NCBI GenBank assembly: GCA_964435435.1
Contig: CAYSZJ010000004.1
Span: 66-64,065 of the forward strand
Length of the DNA stretch: 64,000 nucleotides
Reading direction: 5' to 3'
From: an uncultured archaeon
GTDB lineage: Archaea > Asgardarchaeota > Lokiarchaeia > Sigyniarchaeales > SOKP01
Numbering within the stretch: position 1 is the first letter of the stretch; each line of letters starts with the position of its first letter. The notes beneath the pieces are model-generated. The model searched no databases and had not been told where the DNA came from. It saw only the letters and a list, made by a program, of their open reading frames with translations. Below, piece by piece: positions 9,201 to 18,572 of the stretch. Both the position numbers and the translations under genes were made by a program.

Positions 9201-11288
9201 ATGAGTCAAAAAATCATAAAGAGTATATGTTTTGAATGTCATTCCCGATGCGGTGTTCTTCTTGAAGTTAAAAAGGGAAAACTTGTAAATATCAAAGGAG
9301 ACAAAGATCATCCCTTTAGTCATGGCTATACATGCCCAAAGGGTCAAGCTGCGAATGAGATCATATATCACACTGAAAGGATCACACATCCATTAAGAAG
9401 AGTAGGTGAAAAAGGAGAAGGAAGTTTTGAGAAAATATCTTGGAATGAAGCACTTGATATTATTTCAGAACGTTTGTTAAAAACCCGGGATCAGTACGGT
9501 GCTGAATCAGTTGTGTTTGGGGGAGGCACTACACGAGGCTTTCGTCCTTGGATCATACGATTTGCAGGTCTCTTTGGAACTCCTAATTATTATGTACCTA
9601 TCAACTATAGCGGGGGTCCACTTGAATTTGGAGTTGGTGCTGTTTGCAGAATAGGGGCATTTCCTCCTGATTTTGCCAATAGTAAATGTATAGTCTTATG
9701 GGCACATAATCCTGAACAGAGTTTACCTGGTCTTTTTATGTATCATATAAATCAAGCGCTTAAATCTGGCGCAAAGCTTATTGTAGTTGATCCTAGGGGT
9801 ATTCCACTTGCGAAAAAAGCAGATCACTGGCTCTCTGTTAGACCAGGAACAGATACGGCATTAGCATTATGCTTTATTCATATAATAATAGAAAATGGCC
9901 TTTATGATAAAGAATTTGTCGAAAATTGGACTGAGGGTTTTGAAAAATTAAAAGAACATGTTGCTTCTTTTACCCCTGAACGAGTTGCTGAGATCACATG
10001 GATTCCTGTAGATGAAATCAAGCAAGCTGCATTTACCTATGCTAAAACAAAACCAGCTAGTTTCATGATGGGTATAGGTGGTGCTTGTCAATCCATCAAC
10101 TCTTTTGATCTTAATCGTGCTTTAATGATCTTAATAGTAATAACAGGGAATTTAGATATAATTGGTGGAAATTTAGAACATCGAAATCCTTTGGGTTCCA
10201 GAGCTATTTATGGTAGTGATTTTGCTGATATATCTAAATTTTTATCTAGAAAGCAAATACAAAAAAAATTAGGTTCAAAACGTTATCCACTCTTAAGTAT
10301 AGCCTCAATGATACCACCAGAGCCGGTTTGGGAAGCTATCTTGGAACAGAAGCCATATCCAGTCAAAGCAATGGGTATTTTTGCAAATAATGCAATGTGC
10401 TCATTTGCAAACTCCACACAGATTAAAAAAGCCTTAAGTGCTCTGGATTTTCTATTTGTTGTTGACTATTTTCACACACCTACAACTGAAATGGCTGATA
10501 TTTTACTCCCCCCTGCTCATTGGACTGAGCGGGATGATGTGGAAGATTTATTGATGAAAAATTATGTCTTTTGTCAACCAAAAGCAGTAGAACCAGTACC
10601 AGAATGTCGGAGTGAGCCCCAAATACTAATTGATCTTGCTGAAAAGATGGGATTTAAGGACTACTGGAAATCAACTGAAGAACAATTAAAATATAGACTT
10701 GAACCGATAGGATTGACATTTGAAGAATTTAAAAAAATTGGAAAATTTTCCGGTCATGTTGAAGAGAAGAGATATGTAAAGCAAGGAAGATTCCCTTCTC
10801 AATCAGGGAAGATAGAACTCTTTGGAAAAGCACTTGAACTTTTTGGTATAGCCCCATTACCTGATTTTCAAGAACCGCCAGAAAGCCCTATAAGCACCCC
10901 TGAATTATTCAAGGAGTATCCTCTGGTGCTTACAACAGGAGGTCGAAATGTTGTTTATTACCATTCAGCTCATCGTAATATTCCTTCTTTACGCAAATAT
11001 GCTCCAGATCCAGAACTGCAGATTCATCCTGACACCGCGAAACAGCTTGAAGTAAAAGATGGAGAATGGGTTTATCTTGCGACACCACGAGGTAAAATTG
11101 AAATTAAGATAAAATGTTTTGAAGATATTCATCCAAGTGTTGTAAATGCTCCACATGGATATTGGTATGGTGTAAAAAACGGGTGGAAAAGATTAAATAT
11201 CAATATGATCACTGACAACCAGCAAACAGATCCAGTAGTAGCATCATGTCCCATTAGAGGATTATTATGTCGGGTTGAGAAAATGTAA
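9201..11288 (+). CDS. Molybdopterin (bis-MGD) oxidoreductase catalytic subunit, cytoplasmic
   Basis: 695 aa. N-terminal 'CFECHSRCGV...GYTCPKG' is a 4Fe-4S-type Cys cluster. Molybdopterin-binding regions include 'LIVVDPRG' and 'LVLTTGGR'. C-terminal beta-barrel region 'LQIHPDTAKQLEVKDGEWV'. No Tat signal. Confidence 0.85.
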   Translation: MSQKIIKSICFECHSRCGVLLEVKKGKLVNIKGDKDHPFSHGYTCPKGQAANEIIYHTERITHPLRRVGEKGEGSFEKISWNEALDIISERLLKTRDQYGAESVVFGGGTTRGFRPWIIRFAGLFGTPNYYVPINYSGGPLEFGVGAVCRIGAFPPDFANSKCIVLWAHNPEQSLPGLFMYHINQALKSGAKLIVVDPRGIPLAKKADHWLSVRPGTDTALALCFIHIIIENGLYDKEFVENWTEGFEKLKEHVASFTPERVAEITWIPVDEIKQAAFTYAKTKPASFMMGIGGACQSINSFDLNRALMILIVITGNLDIIGGNLEHRNPLGSRAIYGSDFADISKFLSRKQIQKKLGSKRYPLLSIASMIPPEPVWEAILEQKPYPVKAMGIFANNAMCSFANSTQIKKALSALDFLFVVDYFHTPTTEMADILLPPAHWTERDDVEDLLMKNYVFCQPKAVEPVPECRSEPQILIDLAEKMGFKDYWKSTEEQLKYRLEPIGLTFEEFKKIGKFSGHVEEKRYVKQGRFPSQSGKIELFGKALELFGIAPLPDFQEPPESPISTPELFKEYPLVLTTGGRNVVYYHSAHRNIPSLRKYAPDPELQIHPDTAKQLEVKDGEWVYLATPRGKIEIKIKCFEDIHPSVVNAPHGYWYGVKNGWKRLNINMITDNQQTDPVVASCPIRGLLCRVEKM

Positions 11289-11332
11289 AAGCATAAGTGT
11301 GTGTTTTTTTAATTTGAAATAATGAATAAGGT

Positions 11333-12613
11333 TCAGTTAAATATTGAATTAAAATCCAAGTATAGATTGAATTCTTTCTTTTCATTATCCAAATCTTGAG
11401 TACCATTTTTGATTGTATAATCAAGGGTATGATAATTTAGTTCTTTTTTAAATTTTCCATCCCATCTCCACCAATTAGGCAAACCTATGAAATGTATATT
11501 CCATATAAATCCCTTCTCTTCTATTGTTCTCTTGGTGATTTCTTTTGAAAGTAAAACCCAAAATAAAAAAAGATTATTGGAAATATTATTTTCCTTCCTT
11601 ATTGGACCTCGAAAGAATTTACCAAATGCTAACAACATTAAAATACCTAAACCATATTTTATTTGAATTTTCCACGTATTCATTAAATAATTGTCCTTTA
11701 CAATATTCCAATCGAATACCTCTGTTATTCCCTCTATTGGCTCATGTGTACTTTCTTTTATTTTTTCAAAAAAAAAATTCTTAGTTAAATATGGTTGAGT
11801 ATCAATGAATTGAAAAATCCTAAGAGCTCCTGCAATTCTCCATTTTATCCATTCTTGAGAAAATTCTATTGCTTTTTTTAAAATCAAATTCTTATCTGAC
11901 CAAAAACCTAAAAGCGTCTTCAATTTATAGTTAATTTCGTTATAATATGTTATATAATGATCGTAAATTACAGCATAGGAATAACCTAAGATATCAATAT
12001 AAGTAAAAATCTCTAACAAGTCTATGAATCTATTGCGAGATTTCTCATTAGAAAGCAATTTGATAAATTCATTATCGTTTATTAAAGAATAGATTCCATA
12101 AAAAGTAGATTCGCCCGTGTAAATAGTAGCAAACAATAAATGGTATTGAATAACTTTATTTATTAGGAGCATATCTAAATCTGAAATATTAAATGGTTCG
12201 AGTAGTTTTTTATTAGAAATTAATATGTAGCTTTGATTAGGATGATTTTCCTTATCATAAAACCTTCCAATGTCATGATACATTAAGATAAGAGGTAAAA
12301 TTAACTCATTATGTTTACATTGATCATTTACTTTTTTGTTAATAGTTTGTAGAGAACTCATTGATAATGTTTTATGAACAAATTTGTTATTCTTCAGAAG
12401 AAAATAAATTTTAAACGATCTAAATATGTGCCTTAAAGTCCTGAAAAACTCAAATTCATCCTCTTTTCTTCCTTTCTCAAAGATTCCCTGTAAGTTAGGA
12501 AAAAGTGATAAAAGCTCATTATAATGACTGCTATTCATTATTTCATTTGAATTATCAATCCAAGTTAGATCAATATTATCAATGATATTTTCAAGTGATT
12601 CAATTATTTGCAT
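11333..12613 (-). CDS. Hypothetical protein, possible HD-domain phosphohydrolase-like
   Basis: 426-aa ORF. 'LILMYHDIGRFYD' resembles the HD motif. No other assignable motif. Confidence 0.45.
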   Translation of the reverse strand: MQIIESLENIIDNIDLTWIDNSNEIMNSSHYNELLSLFPNLQGIFEKGRKEDEFEFFRTLRHIFRSFKIYFLLKNNKFVHKTLSMSSLQTINKKVNDQCKHNELILPLILMYHDIGRFYDKENHPNQSYILISNKKLLEPFNISDLDMLLINKVIQYHLLFATIYTGESTFYGIYSLINDNEFIKLLSNEKSRNRFIDLLEIFTYIDILGYSYAVIYDHYITYYNEINYKLKTLLGFWSDKNLILKKAIEFSQEWIKWRIAGALRIFQFIDTQPYLTKNFFFEKIKESTHEPIEGITEVFDWNIVKDNYLMNTWKIQIKYGLGILMLLAFGKFFRGPIRKENNISNNLFLFWVLLSKEITKRTIEEKGFIWNIHFIGLPNWWRWDGKFKKELNYHTLDYTIKNGTQDLDNEKKEFNLYLDFNSIFN

Positions 12614-12620
12614 TTACTTT

Positions 12621-13910
12621 CTACCTTACTCCGTTTTGGGGTTCAATCTTACCTTTTAAAAGTGGATCATTAGTTTTCATCATCCAGTTAAGTAATCTTT
12701 GTCTTAGTTCCAATAGAATCTTTTGATAGTCTGAATTATTAACTATGTTCTCTTGTTCATTTGGATCATTTTCTAGATTATAAAGTTCTTCATCACTTCT
12801 AGGTTTTTTGATCATTTCCTGTAAGTATTTTCCTGAGAGTCCTCTTTGAATATCAAGCGGAATCTGATATAAAGTATCCGAGCTCTCAAAATTTCGAATA
12901 TACTTATATTTTTCAGTTCTTATACTTCGCATAGGGTCATAAATTTCATGAAAGGTTTTCTCAGTAAAAATCTCATTTCTAAAATTTCCAAATTTATCTT
13001 GCAATACTGGTAAAAAAGATACACCTTCAATATTCCTCGGTTTTTTTGCTCCAATAAGATCTAGAATTGTAGGTAAAAGATCAATATTACTTATCATATA
13101 ATCAATTACTTTACCTCCACTAGCAATTTCTAGTTCTGGACAATTCATAATGAGAGCAATTTTAATTCCTGGATCATATAATGTGCATTTAGCTCTTGGA
13201 AATGGACTTCCATGATCGGTCGTATATATGAATAAAGTGTTTTTTCGTAATCCTAATTTTTCTAAAGAACTTATGATATTAGCTATTGCTAAATCTACGT
13301 TATTGATAATCCCATAAAAGAGCCCAAGATCTTCTCTAATCATTTCATTGTCAGGTAAAAATGGAGGAACTTCCACAAATTTAGGATCAACTGGATCACT
13401 CCATATTACAAATGGGCGATGAATCTCAATTGTACCAATATTTACAAAGAAAGGTTTATCTTCTTTTTGTCGTTCTTCAAAAAATCTCAAATATTCTTCT
13501 TCCATTCTTTTAGTAGAATATTTATAATCCTTAATTCTCTTACTTACATTCTCATATCCTAATGTGGAGACTTCCTTACTTTCATGTTGTAATCCAAGTA
13601 GATAAGTGTTATAACCATTTTCTCGTAAATACATTGGTAACGTCTTATTATTTTCGGGTAAAGTCCATCCACGGTTGACAAGTCCCATTAGCCCATTTTG
13701 ATGTGGATATAAAGAAGTCATTAAGCTTCCTCTGCTTGGACTACATTGAGGAGCAGTACAAAAATAATTTGTAAATCGCACTCCATTTTCAGCAAGTCTG
13801 TCTATATTTGGAGTATAAAGTGATTTTATAGTCTGAGGAGTCTCATAACACCCTAAAAATTGTCCTTGATCATGAGTCATAAATAATATAATATTAGGTT
13901 TTTCTTTCAT
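12621..13910 (-). CDS. Cys-type sulfatase (arylsulfatase / N-sulfoglucosamine sulfohydrolase-like)
   Basis: 429 aa. 'NIILFMTHDQG' is the metal-binding Asp region. 'CTAPQCSPSRGSLMTSLYP' contains the C-x-P-x-R formylglycine signature. 'TTDHG' also present. No signal peptide. Confidence 0.85.
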   Translation of the reverse strand: MKEKPNIILFMTHDQGQFLGCYETPQTIKSLYTPNIDRLAENGVRFTNYFCTAPQCSPSRGSLMTSLYPHQNGLMGLVNRGWTLPENNKTLPMYLRENGYNTYLLGLQHESKEVSTLGYENVSKRIKDYKYSTKRMEEEYLRFFEERQKEDKPFFVNIGTIEIHRPFVIWSDPVDPKFVEVPPFLPDNEMIREDLGLFYGIINNVDLAIANIISSLEKLGLRKNTLFIYTTDHGSPFPRAKCTLYDPGIKIALIMNCPELEIASGGKVIDYMISNIDLLPTILDLIGAKKPRNIEGVSFLPVLQDKFGNFRNEIFTEKTFHEIYDPMRSIRTEKYKYIRNFESSDTLYQIPLDIQRGLSGKYLQEMIKKPRSDEELYNLENDPNEQENIVNNSDYQKILLELRQRLLNWMMKTNDPLLKGKIEPQNGVR

Positions 13911-14037
13911 GCTAATTTCTTGAGATTTTTGTTAAATGATTATTAAATTAATTATATAAACTTAATTTAAACTATTAATAAATTAGAAATTCAATCCTAT
14001 ATTTCATTTTTTATTTTGAATTTCTTTAATTCTTATA

Positions 14038-15122
14038 ATGTGTTATGATCCAAGCCTTAAACCTTCCCAAAAAAAGATTGAAAATCCATTTATATTAGAT
14101 AAAGATGTATTTAACCTCATTTTAAATGAGGAGTTATCAGAAGACATTCGAATAATTTTAGAATACTTAGATTTAGAAAACCATCCCACATATAGGTTAT
14201 TTGAAACAATTAGAGAAGAAATTAGTAAATTTTATAAAATTAAGATAAAGAATAATAAATTAGGGAGGTTTCTTGGTTTTTCTGATCGCTATATTACTAA
14301 CAAATATTATGATATTAAAAATGGAAAGGTAGGGTGCATTAATTTTGAAAAGTTCCAAGATAATGTTAAAAACAACCTTAGAAAAACATTTGGAAATTCG
14401 ATTTCTACAAAATTGAAATCGATTTTAAATAATTACGACCATCTTTTAATAAGATTAACTCAGACCAGAAATTATAAAAAATCTATTAAGGCATCTAAGA
14501 AATATCATCCAAATTTAAAAGTGAATTATTTTGAAAATATTGATTCTATTGATAAAGCCTATTGGCTTGGTTGGTTATATGCTGATGGTGCTATCACTGA
14601 GGGACACCCTGTAAAAAATAATCATAAATCTAGTAGAAGAATTAAATTTCAATTAAAAGCTGATGATGAAATTATAATAAATCGTTTCATGAAAACAATA
14701 GGTCTTGAATCAAAATTTAAGCGTCTTGAAAAAAGTTATAATAAACAATATGATAAGTGGTATTATTCATACGCGATTTCATTTTCTAATCAAAAAATGA
14801 TTGATGATTTAATTAAAAATGGTGTATTCCATCGGAAATCTAAGGAGATTGAATTACCGTATCTTAATAATCATAATTTGTATTTAGCATTCCTTCTCGG
14901 TTATTATGATGGAGATGGAGAACAAGGTACTACTAGAATACAGTCAGGAAGTTATGTGTTTTTAAAGCAAATTAAACGAAAATAAAAAATAAAATTGACT
15001 ATGAATCAGGTGGATATCGTCTCTATTTAGGGCCAAATTTACTATGTAATATGTTAAATATTTATAAAGATAGTATACCAAGAAAGAGAGAAGCAGCAAA
15101 ACGTTTTTTTCATAAACATTAA
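14038..15122 (+). CDS. Free-standing double-motif LAGLIDADG homing-endonuclease-like protein; frame interrupted, a -1 shift near 14979..14985 is needed for the full second domain
   Basis: Motifs 'AYWLGWLYADGAI' and 'YLAFLLGYYDGDGEQG'. The ORF stops at 14983..14985 inside cgAAAAtAAAAAAtAAAA. The -1 frame continues 'IKNKIDYESGGYRLYLGPNLLCNMLNIYKDSIPRKREAAKRFFHKH*' (stop 15120..15122). Confidence 0.65.
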
Positions 15123-15210
15123 TATTCCAAAAATAAAGAAAAAAATAAATTCCAGCAGCTGATTTGAGAGGATTTAATTAAGAATTAACTTTTATAATTA
15201 AAATTTCAAA

Positions 15211-16149
15211 TTAGATTTTGACAAGGATTTTAATGAATTCTCTTTTCTCAGGATTAATTAATCTTTCAAAAATTTTTTGAATATCTTCTAAGGGTACGAT
15301 TTCAGAAATAAAATCACTAGCATCTACTTTATTTTGCGCGAATAAGTTAATAGCTTCTAAAATATCTTTTTGATCGTGACCTAATGCACCTTTTAAGCAA
15401 ATTTCTTTATTAATAATTTGAAAGGTAGGAATAGACATACCTTTTTGAATTCCCTCAAGTAACACCGTTCCACCTCTCTGAATTAAATCAATTGCCATCC
15501 TTAAAGTGTCTTCACTTCCTACACAATCAAAAACAAAGGAAGGTTGCCCATGTGTCTTTATAAATTTCTTTATTTTAGCTTTACTTGGAGGAAAAGCATC
15601 AATCGCACCAAATTCTTTTGCTTTTTCTCTTAAGAATTCATGCGGTTCTATTACAATTACATATTCAGGACTTTTTTCACTTAACAAGGTGACTAGAAAA
15701 GCTAATCCAATATTTCCTCCTCCAATGATCATGATCCTCTGGTTATTTTCTATCTTTGACGTTCTTATAGCTCTTATTATATTAGCGAATGATTCAATCA
15801 TGACAGCTCCTTTAGTAGAAATTGATGTAGGTGGATAAAATATATTACTCCTTCGCACTTTCACATATTCTGCAAATCCGCCATCTTCAAATATACCTAA
15901 ACCTTTTAATTGACCCATAATGTACTGCGAAACATTCATAGCAATTACTTTATCACCAACGTTAACATCCTTAATATTCTCCCCTATTTCTACTATCTCT
16001 CCAGAAATCTCATGTCCCATTATTAAGGGAACTTGATACATCTTATATTTGAAATTTGTTACGTCACTCCCACATATTCCACAGTAATGAACTTTTACCA
16101 GAACATCATTTGGGCCAGGTACTGGTTTAGGATAATCTTCCCTATACAC
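15211..16149 (-). CDS. Zinc-dependent medium-chain alcohol/polyol dehydrogenase (MDR family)
   Basis: 'VLVKVHYCGICGSDV' and 'GHEISGEIVEIG' are zinc-ligand motifs. 'IIGGGNIGLA' is the Rossmann motif. The conserved N-terminal strand 'IKASVFEDIQKIV' continues upstream to 16185 without an ATG. Confidence 0.85.
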   Translation of the reverse strand: MYREDYPKPVPGPNDVLVKVHYCGICGSDVTNFKYKMYQVPLIMGHEISGEIVEIGENIKDVNVGDKVIAMNVSQYIMGQLKGLGIFEDGGFAEYVKVRRSNIFYPPTSISTKGAVMIESFANIIRAIRTSKIENNQRIMIIGGGNIGLAFLVTLLSEKSPEYVIVIEPHEFLREKAKEFGAIDAFPPSKAKIKKFIKTHGQPSFVFDCVGSEDTLRMAIDLIQRGGTVLLEGIQKGMSIPTFQIINKEICLKGALGHDQKDILEAINLFAQNKVDASDFISEIVPLEDIQKIFERLINPEKREFIKILVKI

Positions 16150-16302
16150 TATTTTTTGAATATCTTCAAAAACCGAGGCTTTAATTAGATAATCATCTCC
16201 AAAAATTGTTTTGTTAAAAGAATTTTATAATAACTCAATTATGTTAGGAGAAATAAAATAGACATCTTTTAATTTCTTATGTGTATCCAAAAAATAGTAT
16301 TA

Positions 16303-17673
16303 TTAAATTGGTTCCTCAATTTTTTCGGGTAAAATCTTCCTTAAGTTGTTCATTAGATTCCTAAATGTCCATTTCCGATGGATAATGGAAGGATCACATC
16401 GTAGTAAGAAATCTTCAGTAAATTCTTTTGAAACATCTTTAAATTCTATTGTTGTGTACGTGTGACCATAAATCCAAGGTCCTCTTACTTTTGAACGATC
16501 AAATTTTAACCTCAGATCAAGTAAACGCATATTTTTTCTTTCAGTAATTAATGGAACTAAAACTACAAGAATAAATCCAATTTGTGCTGCAATATCATAC
16601 CATTGGTCTCTGCTAATTATCATTGTAACAAAAAGCCATGAAAAAAATACAACCCAAATTACAGAGAAAATAATTTGATAGAATGGAACTGCCCTCTTTT
16701 CTTTAACTTTTTCAAGAGTTTCTAATGGTATTTTTCCATAGTCATATAAACTACTATCAATTGACGCCAATCGGTTATATTGCATCTTTTTAAGCGCATT
16801 TCGATAATTAGAAGGACTTACAGGATTTAACACAAGCTTGAGAGCGATTTTTACATCATTGATTCTGGATATCTTTGTTTTATCTCGTATAAAAAGGTTC
16901 TTATTTGAAAGCGACATTGCAGATTCTTTCTTACGAGTCTTGAGACCCCAAAATGCTAGATAAATAAAAAGACATGCAATCCCGGCTACTGTATAATAAT
17001 TTGCCATTACGCTATCTGTCATTTCAGCAATGAATGTTAAATCATTTGGATCATACGGTGAAACAAATTCATTAATTATACAATTAATAAACTCAGGTGG
17101 ATTAATAAAGAGGAGTTGTATGATGTGAATTCCGTAAAGTAGAAGGTATAAATAATATATATAAAAAATACCATTTGCTGTGATAATCCCTGCTTGAAAC
17201 ATCATCATAACCAAATATATGTAAAACAACATAACTGTAGCAGATTTAGCTAATTTCGGTACGCTACGAAAACCTAAAATAAAATATATCATTATCGGAA
17301 GAGAAAAAGCTCGAACCGTAGCATCGATAGGAGTCGTCATTCCATCTTCAAAAAAGAATACTATAATTGAGTAAATCAAAACATAAAAATACATTATAAG
17401 CACATTATGGGATTTCTCTCGGATTGATGTAACATATTTAGTTCTTTGAGGGATCCATTCAGTAAAAACGAATTGATCACTTGAATCGAGTTTTGGTATC
17501 TCGAATTCACTATCAAGCCATGAATATTCATAAGGTTCTTTGAAGATCCTTTTTATTACACTCTTAGTCACGGGTTTTTTTGAAGGTTCAAGGATTTTAA
17601 ACCCTTCAGCTTCTTTTTTCGTGTATTCTTTATTCAAGCTTAAAACCAAAGCTTTTGGAAATGTTTTGATCAA
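16303..17673 (-). CDS. Multi-pass membrane protein, unknown function
   Basis: 456-aa ORF with two hydrophobic blocks separated by a soluble loop. No recognisable motif. Confidence 0.5.
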   Translation of the reverse strand: MIKTFPKALVLSLNKEYTKKEAEGFKILEPSKKPVTKSVIKRIFKEPYEYSWLDSEFEIPKLDSSDQFVFTEWIPQRTKYVTSIREKSHNVLIMYFYVLIYSIIVFFFEDGMTTPIDATVRAFSLPIMIYFILGFRSVPKLAKSATVMLFYIYLVMMMFQAGIITANGIFYIYYLYLLLYGIHIIQLLFINPPEFINCIINEFVSPYDPNDLTFIAEMTDSVMANYYTVAGIACLFIYLAFWGLKTRKKESAMSLSNKNLFIRDKTKISRINDVKIALKLVLNPVSPSNYRNALKKMQYNRLASIDSSLYDYGKIPLETLEKVKEKRAVPFYQIIFSVIWVVFFSWLFVTMIISRDQWYDIAAQIGFILVVLVPLITERKNMRLLDLRLKFDRSKVRGPWIYGHTYTTIEFKDVSKEFTEDFLLRCDPSIIHRKWTFRNLMNNLRKILPEKIEEPI

Positions 17674-17872
17674 TAATACTATTATAACGCCCTTGAGTAA
17701 TTTTTTAGAAAAGCCAATAGCAAATTTGAATGATTTATTGAATGCTCTTCGAAATTATATGGATTTTTATCTTGGTAATTTATGTGTTTTTACTCATTGG
17801 TCTTTTCTCTTAATTTTTCAATATGAAATAAATTTTCAAATAAATAAGAAAAAGGTAGAACAACTTTTTGAA

Positions 17873-18433
17873 TTAATTATCTTCTGTTTCTTTTGTTCCA
17901 AATCTTGAGAGTTTTCTGATAATATATCCCCCCTTCCGAGACAATAAAATCATTATAACAGGCACCACAAATCCAGAGAGTCCAATTATCATCAGTGTGC
18001 TCGTATAGTATAATAACTCTAACTGTGGAATGACTAATGTTCCTTCAAGAAGAGAACCTGTGATCAATCCAAAATAAAAATCTCCTTCAAAATAGCTCTT
18101 TGTACTAAAAAGGAATTTTCTTACATAATCTATAACTGTTAACCATAAAAAAGAGAAAAATGCCGCAAACAAAATCATTTTTTTGTTGCCACTTCCCGAA
18201 GTTAATCGATTATGGGTCGAATATGCAGTCACAACTCCACTGATAGTTGAAAAAATGCCTCCCATTCCCGCAAAAAACATGATTGCAGTAAACCAAGGTA
18301 TTTGAAGAAATCCCATTGGATCCGTAAAGAAGAAATCTGCACCTGGCCAATCATACATAAACCTATGAAAAATGATAACCATTATAATGGCAATACCCCT
18401 GAAAAAATCAAGTGAATATAATCTTCTCTTCAT
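17873..18433 (-). CDS. DUF1624 / HGSNAT-type acyltransferase-like membrane protein
   Basis: 186 aa. N-terminal 'RLYSLDFFRGIAIIMVIIFH' matches the R-x-x-SLD-x-x-RG...H signature of this family. Confidence 0.5.
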   Translation of the reverse strand: MKRRLYSLDFFRGIAIIMVIIFHRFMYDWPGADFFFTDPMGFLQIPWFTAIMFFAGMGGIFSTISGVVTAYSTHNRLTSGSGNKKMILFAAFFSFLWLTVIDYVRKFLFSTKSYFEGDFYFGLITGSLLEGTLVIPQLELLYYTSTLMIIGLSGFVVPVIMILLSRKGGYIIRKLSRFGTKETEDN

Positions 18434-18572
18434 TTCTGATCACTTTCAAAAATTTGATTCATTTTTCTAATTTTTAAATAAATATTTCTTAATGAGAGAT
18501 ATAGATTTATAAAGATATCAATTTTAAAAAATAAGAAAAAAAAGAATTTGTTTAGGGATTATAAAGAGTCTT

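Noticed and set aside
17540-17908. 122-aa plus-strand ORF bridging the 5' end of 16303..17673 and the 3' end of 17873..18433.
   Set aside because: It overlaps two better-supported minus-strand membrane-protein genes. Its composition is low-complexity and it has no motif. It is most likely a chance open frame across an AT-rich intergenic spacer.
12621-18433. Sulfatase plus DUF1624/HGSNAT-like membrane protein as a glycosaminoglycan (heparan-sulfate-like) degradation locus.
   Set aside because: The two genes are 4 kb apart and separated by unrelated genes on both strands. No glycoside hydrolases or lyases are present. The association is probably coincidental.
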